NCBI GenBank assembly: GCA_003222035.1
Contig: QHUS01000045.1
Location: 89,360 to 153,359 of the forward strand
Direction: 5' to 3'
DNA length: 64,000 nucleotides
From: Gemmatimonadota bacterium
GTDB lineage: Bacteria; Gemmatimonadota; Gemmatimonadetes; Gemmatimonadales; GWC2-71-9
The notes under the pieces were generated by a model. That model did not search any database, was not told the DNA's origin, and saw only the letters and a list, made by a program, of their open reading frames with translations. This document shows, one piece after another, positions 1-11,201 of the stretch (position 1 is its first letter; every line of letters begins with the position of its first letter). Made by a program: the position numbers and the translations under genes.

Positions 1-213
1 TGGTCTCCCGGCGTGAAGCATCACCCGTGCCGCCCCTGCAACGCCGCGCTGAGCACGCGCGTTCCGTGAGCCTGCGGCCAATAAGGCAGGTGCTGCCGAA
101 TAGCCACCACGCAGGGCGCCAACGCGGCCGGGCTGTGTAAGTCGAAAGGCGCTTGCAGGTTGCACCCTCGTCGCGGCGCGGCTAATCTATGCGCGCCAGG
201 TCAGTGAGTCTCG

Positions 214-2088
214 ATGAACAACGCCGATAAGTCACTCGCTTCCCGCCTAAGTCAGGCGCTCGGCAGCTCCTACACTCTCGAGGGAGAGATCGGTCGGGGC
301 GGGATGGGCGTCGTCTTCAGCGCTCGCGACGAGCGGCTGAAGCGTCAGGTGGCGATCAAGGTGCTTCCGCCGGAGCTCGCGTTCCGCGAGGAGATCCGGC
401 TGCGCTTTTTGCGGGAGGCGGAAACCGCCGCCCGCCTTTCGCACCCGCACATCGTGCCCATTCACTCCGTGGGCGAAGGCCCGGACGGTCTTGTGTACTT
501 CGTCATGGCCTTCGTGGACGGCGAGTCGCTCGGGGCGAAGCTGAAGCGGCGCGGCCGCCTGCCCCCCGACGAGGCGCGGCGCATCATGCAGGAGACCGCG
601 GACGCGCTCGGGGCAGCGCACGCCCTCGGGATCATTCACCGCGACGTGAAGCCCGACAACATCCTGCTCGAGGGGAGCCGGGGTCGCGTGGTCGTCACGG
701 ACTACGGGATCGCGAAGGCCCTGTCGTCGACGACGGGGGGGGCGACCCTCACGGCGACGGGGGTGGCTATCGGCACGCCGCACTACATGAGCCCCGAGCA
801 GGCGGCGGGAGACCGTGAGATCGACGGACGGTCCGACATTTACAGTCTGGGAGTGGTCGGGTATCAGATGCTCACGGGGGAGCTACCCTTCCAGGCGCCC
901 ACCGTCCCCGGAATCTTGATGAAGCACATCACCGAGCGGGCGCCGCTCGTTACCGACCGCCGGCCCGAGGTGCCCGAGGACCTGGAGGCGTGCGTGATGC
1001 GGTCGTTGGAGAAGGATCCCGAGGATCGTTGGCCGACGGCGGACGCGCTTCGGCGGGCGCTGGAGGCGCGCAGCGCCACACTCCACCGGCCGCGGCGGTC
1101 GAGCGACCCGTCACGGTCGCGCAGCGGTCGCCCTCCCCCCGGCCCGTCGCGCCCCGCCCCCGCCTTCGCCCCCCCGCCCGTGCCCGTCTCGGGACGGCCG
1201 TCGGACCGCCGCGCTCGCCGCGTCGAGCAGTTACGTCGCGACCGCCCCGTGCTCAGCCCCGGGGGCGAGCCCGAAATCGTCCGCGAGCTGCGCAGCCGCT
1301 TCGTGACGTGGGCCTCCGTGTGCGGCTCGCTGTTCGTCATCGACGTGGCGACGGGGAATCACGCGCCGAGCTGGTCGATCTTCGTCGCCGCGATCTGGGG
1401 GGGGACGCAGCTCGTGCCCCGCTACGTCCGGCTGTGGCACGCCGGATACTCCTGGCGCGACGTCTTCGCCCGGCCGCCAGCGCCCGACGCGGTGGAGGCG
1501 CGCCTCGCCGCGGCGGGGAGCCGGCCGGTCGAGCTGCCGCGCGCTACGACGGACGAGTTCGGCGGTCACGCGGAGCCGATCCAGCAGGCACGGAGCGACC
1601 GCAAGGCCATTCTCCGGATCGTCGACCGGCTCCCGAAGTCGGAGCGCAACCTCTTACCCGACGTGGTCGCGACAGCGGACGCGCTGTTGCACCGCGCCGA
1701 GGAGCTCGGGCGCACGCTGCACGCAATGAGTGGGAGCGTGGACCGGGGCGCGCTCGCACGCCTCGAGGAAAAAATCGCCGCCACCAAGCGCCAGAGCGAC
1801 AGCACGGAGCGGGACCGACAGATCGGCCTGCTCGAGCGCCAGCGACAGACCCTCACGGATCTGCTGACCAGGGGGCAACTCGTGGCCGATCAGCTCGAGT
1901 CTTGTGTGCTGGCGATGCAGAACGTCCGGTTCGACCTGCTGCGCCTCCGGTCCGCGGGCGTGGCGGCGGCGCTCGACGACCTCACGCGCGCCACGCAGCA
2001 GGCCCGCGCCCTGTCGCGCGACGTGGACCATGCGATCGCGGCTGCCGGTGAAGTCAAGGCGGCCCTGGGAGAGCAGAGGGGCGCCTAG
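214..2088 (+). CDS. Ser/Thr protein kinase with membrane-associated, helical C-terminal region
   Basis: 624-aa ORF with ATG at 214. Hanks kinase motifs GRGGMGVV, VAIKVL, HRDVKPDNILL, DYGIAK, GTPHYMSPEQ. Followed by a Pro/Arg-rich linker, two hydrophobic segments (FVTWASVCGSLFVIDV, WSIFVAAIWGGTQLV) and a long Ala/Arg/Leu-rich helical tail. Confidence 0.9.
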   Translation: MNNADKSLASRLSQALGSSYTLEGEIGRGGMGVVFSARDERLKRQVAIKVLPPELAFREEIRLRFLREAETAARLSHPHIVPIHSVGEGPDGLVYFVMAFVDGESLGAKLKRRGRLPPDEARRIMQETADALGAAHALGIIHRDVKPDNILLEGSRGRVVVTDYGIAKALSSTTGGATLTATGVAIGTPHYMSPEQAAGDREIDGRSDIYSLGVVGYQMLTGELPFQAPTVPGILMKHITERAPLVTDRRPEVPEDLEACVMRSLEKDPEDRWPTADALRRALEARSATLHRPRRSSDPSRSRSGRPPPGPSRPAPAFAPPPVPVSGRPSDRRARRVEQLRRDRPVLSPGGEPEIVRELRSRFVTWASVCGSLFVIDVATGNHAPSWSIFVAAIWGGTQLVPRYVRLWHAGYSWRDVFARPPAPDAVEARLAAAGSRPVELPRATTDEFGGHAEPIQQARSDRKAILRIVDRLPKSERNLLPDVVATADALLHRAEELGRTLHAMSGSVDRGALARLEEKIAATKRQSDSTERDRQIGLLERQRQTLTDLLTRGQLVADQLESCVLAMQNVRFDLLRLRSAGVAAALDDLTRATQQARALSRDVDHAIAAAGEVKAALGEQRGA

Positions 2089-5000
2089 GGCTTCCCCTCG
2101 CTGCGGCATTGCAGCACGCTCCCCGGCGCGTCCGGGGGCTCGATCGCGAACTCCTCCAGCGTTTGGAACTGCGCAGCCGCCTCGTCGCAGCGGCCGCCCC
2201 GCAGCGCGGCGACCGCGCGGAGCTGGTACAGCGCGGCCCAGCCCGGGCGCGCGCGCACCGCTATCGCAAGCATACTGTCGGCGAGGTGTTCGGGCCCCTC
2301 GCGTGCGAGAGACCCCAGCGCCTGGCTCAGCGAGCCGGCGGGGAACGGATGACGATATGTGCCCCGGCCGCGGGCCAGCGCGTCATCCAGGTCCGCGGAC
2401 GCCTCCTGCCAACGCCCCGCGCGCGCCGCCACCGCCGCCAGGCCCGCCCTGGCGAGCGCCGTGTCCCCCCCACGCGCGACAACCTCTTGGAGCAACGCGG
2501 CGTTCCGGCGATCGTCTTTACGCCGCTCGGCGAGCGTGGCAGCGAACAGGAGCGCATCCGGGTGCCGCGAGCCGGCCAGCAAAGTGCGTACGACGCTGTC
2601 CGCCCACGCTGTGTCGCCCGATGCGTATCTCGCTTGCGCCAAGCGCGCGGTCCAGACCGGGTCATCGGGCCGCGCCCGGTGGGCCGCCGTGAGTATCGCG
2701 AGATAGGTGGACTGCCCCCGCGGGGCCGTGAGCGCGCGCGCGAGCAGGACGGGCGAGCTCCCGGGCGTCTCGCCCGCCCGAGCGCCGATGACGAGCAGGG
2801 AGTCAAAGACGTTCGGGTCCCACAGGGGATCGAGAAAGCGCCGCGCCGCCACGAACTCGAGTTCAGGCCGGTCATCCCGGTGCACCAGGGTCCCCCGCCT
2901 GCTGAGCAGCGCGGTGCCGGCCTCGCCGAGCACGCGACGCCCGAAATGATCGCCCGCCGAGTCTACCCCGAGCCATTCGCGGCTGAGGATTCCGATCGGT
3001 GTCCTCGGATCGAACAGCCGGGTGAGCCACGCGCGGTCGTACCGCAACGGCTGGCCGGAGGCGAGGATCTGGAGGTCCATGTTGGTGGAAAACCAGATCT
3101 CCACGTGGGGGAACACCTCGCGCAGGTTGCGGACAATGCCGGCGGCGACGTCCAGGGGCAATTGATAGAGCTGGAGCCACTGACAGAACACCCCGTCGTC
3201 CGCGAGGCGCGACCGCACGATGCGGAAGTACTCGGGCGTGTAGAGGGTTGCGACGCCTGCGACCCACGGATTGGAGGGCTCCGACGCGATGATATCGAAC
3301 CGCTCGTCCCGGAGCTGCAGCGCGCTGCGGGCGTCGTCGACGACGGTCGCGACTCCGGCGCGCGTGAGCACCGCGTCGTTCACACCGGCGAAGAACGACC
3401 CCATCTGCAGGACTGCCGGTTCGATCTCCACGACCCGGACCCGCCGCATGCCCGGGACGTCCGCGAGGATGCGGGACGTCACGCCGCTCCCGAAGCCGAC
3501 GACCAGTGCCGACGCGGGGTTGGGCCGCGCGGCAGCCGGCGCCAGCCCGACCAAGACCTGGGTATTCATGTCGCCGTGATCCGAGGCGTCGACCTTGCCG
3601 TTCACGCGCAGCGAGCGGCCGCTCAGCCCTTCCCACACGCTCACCGTGGCGTTCCGACCTTCGCGGAACGCGAGCAGCCGCGACCCGCGGTGAGAGAGGA
3701 ACGCTTGACGCTGCGTCGCATCCATCGGCTCGCGCGCGTAGATCGTCGAACCGAGATCGATCAGACGGGTGCTCCACTTCGGCGCGGCGACCGCGACCCC
3801 GAGCGCGATCCCCGCGAGCGCCCCGGCACCGAGCACACGGCGTCGGAGCGCGTGATGCTCCGCCGAACCTTCGGCGACGCCACGCGCGGCGTACGCCGCG
3901 AGCGCGAGTGCCGCTCCACCGTTGATCATGAGGCCGATGCGGAGTGTCGTTTCGGAGCCGAGTGCCACGACCAGGACGAAGCCGGTGATCACCGCGCCGG
4001 CGATGCTGCCCAGTGTATTGAGGGCGTAGGCCGTTCCCACGTCGGCCGCCCGGGCGGCATCCCGCCGGGCGGCGAGGTCCGCGAGCAGCGGGAAACTGAG
4101 ACCCATCCCCAGCGCCGGGATGAGCACGACGGCACCGACCGCCACGCCCATGAGGAGTAAGCGGGTGACGGCGCCGAACTCGTGGTGCCCGAACACGGCG
4201 ATCACGAAGAGCGGGAGAGCCCCGAAGAAGAGGAGCAGCAGCGCGGCGCCCGCCCCGGTGATTCCCTGCGCCAGCGCCGCGTCGACGGCGGTGGCCGGCC
4301 GGCCCGGCCCGCGGCGGGCCACGACGCCACTCCCCAGCCCGATCCCCAACAGGAAGACGAGCAGGACCAGGGTGAACGCGTACGTCGAGCCACCCACGAC
4401 CATCACCAGCACCCGCGTCCACGCGATCTCGTCGAGCAGCGACGCGAACGCCGTGAGCCCGAGAAGCGTGAGCGCGACGTAGCGGAGCCGACGCGGCGCG
4501 GGTTCGGATGGGACCGCGTTCGATGCGTGCGGCGGCGCTGCCGCGACGGAGGGGGTGGGAGGAGTGGGGAGCGTGGTCCGCGCGAGGGCGACAGCGCCGG
4601 CGCCCAGCGCGAGGTTCACGGCCGCCGTCCCCCACAGACTCACCCGAATGCCCACGAACTCGATCAGAAAGAACCCGGCCAGCGCGGTCCCCGCGACGGC
4701 ACCGAGGGTGTTGAGCCCGTACAGCCGGCCGAGGGATCGCGGCAGCTCGCCGCGGTCGGCGCCCATGAACGCGCCGGTGAGCACCGGGAGCGTACCGCCC
4801 ATGAGGGTCGTGGGAACGAGCAGCACCAGCGCGGCGAGCCCGAACCGCAGGCCCAGGCTCAGGCCGCCCCCGAGGGGCAGCGTGCCGGCGATGCGGAGGT
4901 ACACTCGATGCGCCAGCTCGAGCACGAGGGGGGAGATCAGCCCGAAGATCCCGATCGCGAGCTCGAGCACGCCGTACAGTGCGGCGGGTCGAGGATGGCG

Positions 5001-5195
5001 ATCCGCGCGGCGCCCGAACAGCCAGGCGCCGAGGCCCAAACCACCCATGTAGGCGGCGACGACCGTCGTCACCGACTGGATCGTGGATCCGAACGTCTGG
5101 TAGAGGACCCGGACCCACAGGAGCTCGTAGACGAGCCCCGTCGCTCCGGATAAGAAGAAGAGAAGACCGAACGCGCGGGCGGCGCTAGAACGCAT
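2085..5195 (-). CDS. fused polytopic membrane / spermidine-synthase-like / TPR-like protein
   Basis: Track ORF 2085-5432 trimmed to the ATG at 5195 ([31 protein letters not shown]); the longer version would overlap the upstream E1 gene. Many hydrophobic helices, then a methyltransferase-fold spermidine-synthase-like core ([25 protein letters not shown]), then an Ala/Leu/Arg-rich repeat tail. Its stop shares the tetranucleotide CTAG with the convergent kinase stop. Confidence 0.8.
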   Translation of the reverse strand: MRSSAARAFGLLFFLSGATGLVYELLWVRVLYQTFGSTIQSVTTVVAAYMGGLGLGAWLFGRRADRHPRPAALYGVLELAIGIFGLISPLVLELAHRVYLRIAGTLPLGGGLSLGLRFGLAALVLLVPTTLMGGTLPVLTGAFMGADRGELPRSLGRLYGLNTLGAVAGTALAGFFLIEFVGIRVSLWGTAAVNLALGAGAVALARTTLPTPPTPSVAAAPPHASNAVPSEPAPRRLRYVALTLLGLTAFASLLDEIAWTRVLVMVVGGSTYAFTLVLLVFLLGIGLGSGVVARRGPGRPATAVDAALAQGITGAGAALLLLFFGALPLFVIAVFGHHEFGAVTRLLLMGVAVGAVVLIPALGMGLSFPLLADLAARRDAARAADVGTAYALNTLGSIAGAVITGFVLVVALGSETTLRIGLMINGGAALALAAYAARGVAEGSAEHHALRRRVLGAGALAGIALGVAVAAPKWSTRLIDLGSTIYAREPMDATQRQAFLSHRGSRLLAFREGRNATVSVWEGLSGRSLRVNGKVDASDHGDMNTQVLVGLAPAAARPNPASALVVGFGSGVTSRILADVPGMRRVRVVEIEPAVLQMGSFFAGVNDAVLTRAGVATVVDDARSALQLRDERFDIIASEPSNPWVAGVATLYTPEYFRIVRSRLADDGVFCQWLQLYQLPLDVAAGIVRNLREVFPHVEIWFSTNMDLQILASGQPLRYDRAWLTRLFDPRTPIGILSREWLGVDSAGDHFGRRVLGEAGTALLSRRGTLVHRDDRPELEFVAARRFLDPLWDPNVFDSLLVIGARAGETPGSSPVLLARALTAPRGQSTYLAILTAAHRARPDDPVWTARLAQARYASGDTAWADSVVRTLLAGSRHPDALLFAATLAERRKDDRRNAALLQEVVARGGDTALARAGLAAVAARAGRWQEASADLDDALARGRGTYRHPFPAGSLSQALGSLAREGPEHLADSMLAIAVRARPGWAALYQLRAVAALRGGRCDEAAAQFQTLEEFAIEPPDAPGSVLQCRSEGKP

Positions 5196-7305
5196 GCAGG
5201 TCGCGCATCGCCTGCGTGAGATCCTCCACCTGGGGCAGAATGAAGTCTTCCAGCCTGGGCGCGTAGCCGACAAACGTGTCGGTCGACGCCACCCGCTTGA
5301 CGGGTGCGTCGAGCCAGGGGAAGCATGTGTCTGCGATCCGTGCGGCGATCTCGGCGCCATAGCCCCACGAGAGCGCGTCTTCGTAGGCGACGAGCACCTT
5401 ACCGGTCCGTGTGACCGACCCGGTGATCGCATCCCAATCCACGGGGGACAGGCAGCGCAGGTCGATCACTTCGACGTTCACACCGTCGCGCTCCTCCAGC
5501 TCCTTCGCCGCAACGAGCGCGCGCTGCACCACGGCTCCGTACGTCACCACGGTGAGATCCTTGCCTTGGCGCACGACCTTGGCCTTGCCGAACGGGATCA
5601 TGAAATTCGGGCCCGGGTTCGGGGCCTTGTTGTAGGTCTGGCGGTAGAGGTGCTTGTGCTCGAGGAACAGCACGGGGTCGTCACAGCGGATCGCGGTGCG
5701 CAGGAGGCCGCTGGCATCGAGCGCGGTGCTGGGACACACCACGCGGAGCCCCGGCACCGCGGTGAAGACGACCGCGCCCGTCTGCGAGTGGTAGATCGAA
5801 CCGCCCTTCAGGTAGCCGCCGTACGTGACGCGCACCACGACCGGGCTCGCGAACGCGTTGTTCGAGCGCCAGCGCAGCGTGGCGAGCTCGTTGCGGAGCT
5901 GGTGATAGGCCGGCCAGATGTAGTCGAAGAACTGGATCTCGACTACGGGCTTCAAGCCGCGCGTCGCGAGCCCGATGGCGCGGCCGACGATGTTGGCCTC
6001 GGCGAGCGGTGAGTTGTAGACGCGATCGCTCCCGAATTGACGCTGCAGCCCCCACGTGACTTTGAAAACGCCCCCCTTCCCCTTCACCTCCCCCAGGTTC
6101 TGCGGGCGGCTCGCATCGGCCACGTCCTCGCCGAACACGATGATGCGTGGGTCGCGCGCCATCTCGTCCTTGAGACAGGCGTTCAGCAGGTCCACCATAG
6201 TGGTGGGATCGCCGCTGAACTGGGGATCGTCTTCGGTATCGAACTGCTCCGACGTGGGGTCGACGTCGGGCGAGTAGACGTACAACAGCGCGGTCTCGGG
6301 CTCGGGCTGGGGCGACGCCAGGGCCATGTCGGCCGCGACGCCGACCTCCTCGTCCACCTGTTGCTTGATCGCCGCGATCTCCGCCTCGGTCGCGATACCG
6401 TCGGCGATCAGGCGCTTGGGGAACAATGCGAGGCAGTCGCGGCGTGCCTCCTCCTCCCGCTCCTTGGGCGTCTTGTACAGCACTTCATCGTCCGAGAGCG
6501 AGTGCGAGTAGGGCCGTGTCACGTGTGCGTGCACCAGCGCCGGCCCTTTGCGTTGGCGCACGTACTCGGACGCCCGGAGCACCACGTCGTAGGAAGCCAC
6601 GGGATCGCAGCCGTCCACCTCCTCGACCAGCAGTCCGGGGAAGTTGCGGACGAGCCTCGAGACGGACCCGCCCGCCGTCTGAATCTCGACCGGCACCGAG
6701 ATCGCGTAGCCGTTGTCCTCAATGAGGAAGAGGACGGGGAGCTTCAGATTGCTGGCGGTGTTGAGCGCCTCCCAGAACTCTCCCTCACTGGTCGTGCCGT
6801 CGCCCGCCGAAACGTACACGAGCTCGTCGCCCTGGATGGGCTTGTCGGCGATGCCGGCGTTGCGATCGTAGCGGAGCCACGCTTCTGCGCAGCCCACGGC
6901 CTGAAGGAGCTGCGTCCCCGTGGGGCTCGACTGGCTCACGATGTTGAGCGCACGATGGCCCCAGTGCGATGGCATCTGCCGGCCGCCCGAGTTGGGATCC
7001 TCGGCGGCGCCGACCGCCGAGAGGAGCATCTCCGTCGGGGTCATGCCGAGACTGAGACAGAGCGCGCGATCGCGATAATAGGGATAGAACCAGTCGTAGG
7101 CGGGGCGGAGGGCTTTGCCCGCAGCCACCAGGACTCCTTCGTGCCCGGCGCCCGAGATTTGGAAGAAGATCTTGTTCTGGCGCTTGAGCTGGATTTCCTT
7201 GTCGTCGATGCGTCGCGACAAGAACATCAGCCGATACATCTCGAGCAGATCGGCCTTCGAGAGGGATTTGGCGGCCCGAAGGCGGGTCTGGGTGCGCGTC
7301 GCCAT
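5185..7305 (-). CDS. TPP-dependent 2-oxoacid dehydrogenase E1 component, fused alpha/beta subunits
   Basis: Track ORF 5185-7503 trimmed to the ATG at 7305 ([15 protein letters not shown]). N-terminal half is E1-alpha-like ([25 protein letters not shown]). C-terminal half is E1-beta/transketolase-like ([17 protein letters not shown]). Confidence 0.85.
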   Translation of the reverse strand: MATRTQTRLRAAKSLSKADLLEMYRLMFLSRRIDDKEIQLKRQNKIFFQISGAGHEGVLVAAGKALRPAYDWFYPYYRDRALCLSLGMTPTEMLLSAVGAAEDPNSGGRQMPSHWGHRALNIVSQSSPTGTQLLQAVGCAEAWLRYDRNAGIADKPIQGDELVYVSAGDGTTSEGEFWEALNTASNLKLPVLFLIEDNGYAISVPVEIQTAGGSVSRLVRNFPGLLVEEVDGCDPVASYDVVLRASEYVRQRKGPALVHAHVTRPYSHSLSDDEVLYKTPKEREEEARRDCLALFPKRLIADGIATEAEIAAIKQQVDEEVGVAADMALASPQPEPETALLYVYSPDVDPTSEQFDTEDDPQFSGDPTTMVDLLNACLKDEMARDPRIIVFGEDVADASRPQNLGEVKGKGGVFKVTWGLQRQFGSDRVYNSPLAEANIVGRAIGLATRGLKPVVEIQFFDYIWPAYHQLRNELATLRWRSNNAFASPVVVRVTYGGYLKGGSIYHSQTGAVVFTAVPGLRVVCPSTALDASGLLRTAIRCDDPVLFLEHKHLYRQTYNKAPNPGPNFMIPFGKAKVVRQGKDLTVVTYGAVVQRALVAAKELEERDGVNVEVIDLRCLSPVDWDAITGSVTRTGKVLVAYEDALSWGYGAEIAARIADTCFPWLDAPVKRVASTDTFVGYAPRLEDFILPQVEDLTQAMRDLHAF

Positions 7306-7389
7306 TGACCCAAAGATAGCGGACTTCGGTCCGCTCAAAAGCTCCCCGAAGGATCGCTCGTGCGAGGCCCCGACCCCATATTCCCTTCC

Positions 7390-7827
7390 ATGAACGACGC
7401 CGCAAAGCAGGCGGTGCTCGGAGCCTTCGCGCACGGCGTGTACGCACTGACCGTGAAACGCCAAGGGGAGGAGCACGGGATCGCCGTTACCTGGGTCAGC
7501 CAAGCGTCATTGGACCCGGCCATGGTCGTGGTCGCGGTGGACAGCACGTCGCCGACGATCGAGTTGATCCGCGACGCGCATCATTTCGCGGTCAGCGTAT
7601 TACACGATGGGCAACGAGACTTGGCCGAGAAGCTGGGTCGGAGCGGGGGGGGCGGTTCCCAAGCGCTCAAAGGGATCAGGACGAAGCCGGCACCCATCTC
7701 GGGTGCCCCCCTCCTGGCCGACGCGCTCGGCTGGGTCGAATGTCGCGTCGTCGCAACGTTACCGAGTGGCAGCCATACCCTCGTGCTCGGTGAGGTGGTG
7801 GAGGCCGGCTTGGGGGCGGGGGGCTAG
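7390..7827 (+). CDS. flavin reductase-like (FMN-binding split-barrel) protein
   Basis: ORF 7360-7827 trimmed to the ATG at 7390 ([22 protein letters not shown]). Pattern [21 protein letters not shown]...HTLVLGEVV is typical of flavin reductase domain proteins. Confidence 0.65.
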   Translation: MNDAAKQAVLGAFAHGVYALTVKRQGEEHGIAVTWVSQASLDPAMVVVAVDSTSPTIELIRDAHHFAVSVLHDGQRDLAEKLGRSGGGGSQALKGIRTKPAPISGAPLLADALGWVECRVVATLPSGSHTLVLGEVVEAGLGAGG

Positions 7828-7840
7828 GGCCTCCTTCCGA

Positions 7841-9496
7841 TCACTTCGTGCGGTACACGACCTTGCCGCCGACGATCGTGAACCGCACTCGCGCCCGGTC
7901 GAGGGACTCTGGCGGTGTGGTGAACAAGTTGCCGTCGAGCACCACGATGTCCGCATCGGCGCCGGCTGCAAGCGTCCCCCGATGACGATCGTCGAATGTC
8001 GCGTAGGCATTGCCCGCCGTGTAGGCCCGCAGCGCTTCGCCCACTGAGATCTTCTGCTCCGGCACCCAGCCATCCGGATGTTTGCCGTCGAGGGTGCGCC
8101 GCGTGACCGCCGCGTACACGCCCGCGATGGGATCGAGCGGTGCGACGGTCCAGTCCGAGCCGAACGCGAGCCGGGCCCCCGCATCGAGCAACGAGCGAAA
8201 GGCGTAGGTCGTCTTGATGCGGACGGGGCCGATGCGCTGCTCCACCCAGCGACCGTCATCAATGGCATGGTACGGCTGCATCGACGCGATCACGCCGAGC
8301 TTGCCGAACAGCGGAATATCCTGGGGGCGGAGGTGCTGCGCGTGCTCGATGCGGAAGCGGCGATCGCGTGGCCCATGTGCTCCCGCCACGCTGTCGTAGA
8401 TGGCCAACAGGATCGCGTTGGCGCGGTCGCCGATCGCGTGGACCGCGACCTGCAGTCCCGCGGAGTCGGCATTGCCGATCCAGCGACGCATGTCCTCCTC
8501 GGAGTGTTGCATGAGGCCGCGGTAGCCCGCGGAATCGCTGTAGGGCTCGACGAAGTACGCGGTGCGGGACCCGGCCGAACCATCCATGTATCCCTTGAGT
8601 CCGGCGATCTTCACCCAGTTGTCCCCGGCCGGGGCGTGGCTCACGGTCTCGGCGACGGCACGCCAGGCGTCGAGCGGCAGGTAGAGAGCGGCACGCAGCG
8701 TGAGCCGTCCCGCGCGCTCGAGCCGGCGGTAGCTCGCGAGGTCGGCCCACGAGGCCGACATGTGCGCCGTGGCGGTCACTCCCAGCGAAGCGGCGAAGGC
8801 CAGCGCACGGGCGAGCGCCGAATCCCGCTGCTCGGGCGACGGCTCCGGGATCGCCCGACCGACGGCGTCGAGGGCCCGGTCCTTGAAGATCCCGAGCGGC
8901 TCGCCGGTCCTGGCGTCGCGGAGGATCTCGCCCCCCGGAGGCGTGGGCGTGTCCTTCGTCACGCCAGCGGCGCGCATGGCGGCGGCGTTGGCGAGCGCCT
9001 CGTGGCCGTCCAGGCGACTGAGGAAGGCCGGATTGTTCGGCGTGACCGAGTCGATCCATTCGTGGCGCGGCAGCGGCTGGCCACGCCACAAGGTGTGGTC
9101 CCAATCGCCGCCGATGATCCACTCACCGGGCTTGAGTGTCTTGGCGTACTCCTTGATTCGGTGGATGAATTCCTGTGGCGTCCGCGCGTCGCGCAGGTTC
9201 ACCGATGCGAGCTGGAACCCGCCGTCCACGAAATGCGTGTGGCCGTCCGTGAAGCCCGGCAGTACCAGGCCGCCGTCGGCCTGAATCGATTCGGTCTTGG
9301 GACCCCGATACCGCGCGACCTGGGCCGCGTCGCCGACCGCGAGGATCTTCCCGCTCGCGAGCGCGACGTCGCCCTTCTGGGGCGCCCCGCTCGAGAGGCC
9401 CGTCCACACCATGCCGCCGGAGATGATCACGTCGGCTTGCGGCGTGCAGGAGGAGAACGCCAGGCAGCAGAGTGCCGCGCTCAGGGCTGGTCGCAT
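7841..9496 (-). CDS. amidohydrolase-family metal-dependent hydrolase (amidohydrolase_3 type), probable lipoprotein
   Basis: 551-aa ORF. Lipobox-like signal MRPALSAALCCLAFSSC. GFTDGHTHF metal-binding motif near the N-terminus and HAIGD, FRIEHAQH, GSDW motifs toward the C-terminus. Confidence 0.85.
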   Translation of the reverse strand: MRPALSAALCCLAFSSCTPQADVIISGGMVWTGLSSGAPQKGDVALASGKILAVGDAAQVARYRGPKTESIQADGGLVLPGFTDGHTHFVDGGFQLASVNLRDARTPQEFIHRIKEYAKTLKPGEWIIGGDWDHTLWRGQPLPRHEWIDSVTPNNPAFLSRLDGHEALANAAAMRAAGVTKDTPTPPGGEILRDARTGEPLGIFKDRALDAVGRAIPEPSPEQRDSALARALAFAASLGVTATAHMSASWADLASYRRLERAGRLTLRAALYLPLDAWRAVAETVSHAPAGDNWVKIAGLKGYMDGSAGSRTAYFVEPYSDSAGYRGLMQHSEEDMRRWIGNADSAGLQVAVHAIGDRANAILLAIYDSVAGAHGPRDRRFRIEHAQHLRPQDIPLFGKLGVIASMQPYHAIDDGRWVEQRIGPVRIKTTYAFRSLLDAGARLAFGSDWTVAPLDPIAGVYAAVTRRTLDGKHPDGWVPEQKISVGEALRAYTAGNAYATFDDRHRGTLAAGADADIVVLDGNLFTTPPESLDRARVRFTIVGGKVVYRTK

Positions 9497-9504
9497 GAGT
9501 TCTG

Positions 9505-9777
9505 TCAGCGGAGTTTGGCGATGCGGTGGATGGTTTCGAGCGCGCCGATCGGGTCCGACCCCGCGGTCTTTCCGCTACCCGGCTCGGCGGAAGCGGACGC
9601 TGGAAGTGACGCGAGCGCGTCTCGCACGTCGAGCAGCACCTCGAGCAACAGCTGCTCGCGCTGATACGCGGCGTCGAGATCCGACATGCGGACCTGATCA
9701 CCGGCCGCTGTCGCCCGCTCGTAGGCTTCGCGGTAGATGGACTCGAGATTGGCGAGGATGCGGTCGCGGGGGCGCAT
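9505..9777 (-). CDS. hypothetical small helical protein
   Basis: ORF 9505-9831; an internal ATG at 9777 (MRPRDRILANLESIYREAYERA) looks more coding-like. Ends 8 nt before the amidohydrolase start on the same strand. No recognisable domain. Confidence 0.35.
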   Translation of the reverse strand: MRPRDRILANLESIYREAYERATAAGDQVRMSDLDAAYQREQLLLEVLLDVRDALASLPASASAEPGSGKTAGSDPIGALETIHRIAKLR

Positions 9778-9905
9778 GGAGGACAATATAGAGGCGACGG
9801 ATGATAATGCGACTGAGGCGATGGACGGCAATGCGGCGGCTGGATGCGGCGTCTAACAGGGTACGAGCGGCAAGAAAACGATGATGATCGGGCTGACCAT
9901 CTTTG

Positions 9906-11183
9906 CTAGTATCCGCGCATGGCGCCTTCTAGCCTCCGCATCACCACCCCACTCGGCACCTTCGGCACGAAATACGTCGACTTGGGCGGCATGAAGTCGC
10001 CCGCGTCCGCGACGCCGAATACCTCTTCCACTTTCGTCGGATTGAGCAAGACCGCGGCAGCGGCGCGACCGCTTCGCACGGCATCGAACGCAGCGCGCGC
10101 ATCGGGCGTGTACGCAAGCGACGGTGTCGCGGTTCCAGCGCCGAGGATGCGCTCCACCACGAGCGTTTCGACCCGCGCCACGTCCAGCCCGCGAACCTGG
10201 GGACTCTTGCCCAGCCCTGGAATGCCGTCCAGTTTCACGTCCGGCTTCAGCACCAGGGTGACGTCGTAGTCATCCGGTAAGGCCACGATGCACGCCGTGC
10301 GCCCGCGCCCAAGCTCGGCCAACCGCTCGAGGCGGTCCATGCATGGTGCCACCCGCCCGACCTCGAACCATTCCCGCCAGCCGGCGACCAGCTTCGCAGG
10401 GTCGCGCCCCGTACCGAACACGATGCGGTGGGTCGGGAGGATGGTGAGGCCCGGATCGCGGGCGGAGACGATGAACGAGAGGACGCGATCGGCGCCGGGG
10501 TACTCTCGCGCGTACGCGACCGCCGTCTCGTAACGGTGATGCCCGTCCGCGATGTAGAGCCGATCCTGCCCGGCCAGCCGGGCGAGCTCGGTGGCTGCCT
10601 CGCCCGCCGCGATCCAGAGGCGGATCCGCACGCCGTCCAGCTCGGCGTGCGCCGCCGGTACGCCGGTGGCCCGCCGGGCGAGGGCCTGCGCCAGCTTGCG
10701 ATCGGCGTCGGGTGCCAGCAGGAAGATCGATTCGAGATTCGCCGCGGTGGCCCGCAGCAAGGCGAGGCGGTCGGCCTTGGGGGCCGAGTGGGTCTTCTCG
10801 TGCGGTCGGACGCGCCGCGCCTCGAACGGCTCTGCGCGCACGGCGGCGAACATCCCGATTCGCGTGCGCCGCTCACCCGATGGCAACGCGTAATCCTGCG
10901 CCACGACGTACACGGAATCGCCGGCGTCCGGTTGCACCACGCCACTCGCACGCCACTGGGCGAGCAGCGCAGCGGCGTGGGCGTAGCGGTCCCCACCTCC
11001 GCCCGACGGCGCTTCCGGGAGGATGAGATGCACGATATTGTGGGGATCGAGCGCCGCGTAGCGGGCGCGGTCCTCTCTGGAAATCACGTCGTAGGGAGGA
11101 GCGATGAGCGCGCTCAGGCGGTCCCCGCCCGCGTACCGTTCCCCGCGGAACGGCGCGACGAGCGGCGGCAGCTCGGCGTTCAC
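9906..11183 (-). CDS. DUF1015 family protein
   Basis: Track ORF 9906-11333 trimmed to the in-frame GTG at 11183 (VNAELPPLVAPFRGERY). Segment FRGxRY...APPYDVIS...LYIADGHHRYETA is typical of DUF1015. Confidence 0.75.
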   Translation of the reverse strand: MNAELPPLVAPFRGERYAGGDRLSALIAPPYDVISREDRARYAALDPHNIVHLILPEAPSGGGGDRYAHAAALLAQWRASGVVQPDAGDSVYVVAQDYALPSGERRTRIGMFAAVRAEPFEARRVRPHEKTHSAPKADRLALLRATAANLESIFLLAPDADRKLAQALARRATGVPAAHAELDGVRIRLWIAAGEAATELARLAGQDRLYIADGHHRYETAVAYAREYPGADRVLSFIVSARDPGLTILPTHRIVFGTGRDPAKLVAGWREWFEVGRVAPCMDRLERLAELGRGRTACIVALPDDYDVTLVLKPDVKLDGIPGLGKSPQVRGLDVARVETLVVERILGAGTATPSLAYTPDARAAFDAVRSGRAAAAVLLNPTKVEEVFGVADAGDFMPPKSTYFVPKVPSGVVMRRLEGAMRGY

Positions 11184-11201
11184 GATTGCCCGGAGCCTCC
11201 T

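Noticed and set aside
990-2051. 353-aa ORF in an alternative frame inside the kinase gene
   Set aside because: Arg/Ala/Pro/Gly-dominated composition. It is fully nested in a CDS with unambiguous Hanks kinase motifs.
2109-5118. Long ORFs 2109-4160 (+, 683 aa), 2872-5118 (-, 748 aa), 4182-5153 (+, 323 aa) and others overlapping the spermidine-synthase-like gene
   Set aside because: They are extremely Arg/Pro/Gly/Ala/Asp-rich low-complexity translations with no motifs. They lie antisense to or out of frame with a CDS that has clear membrane and Rossmann motifs. These are typical high-GC shadow ORFs.
8078-9664. 528-aa plus-strand ORF antisense to the amidohydrolase gene
   Set aside because: Shadow ORF. 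The opposite strand carries the conserved amidohydrolase metal-binding motifs and a signal peptide.
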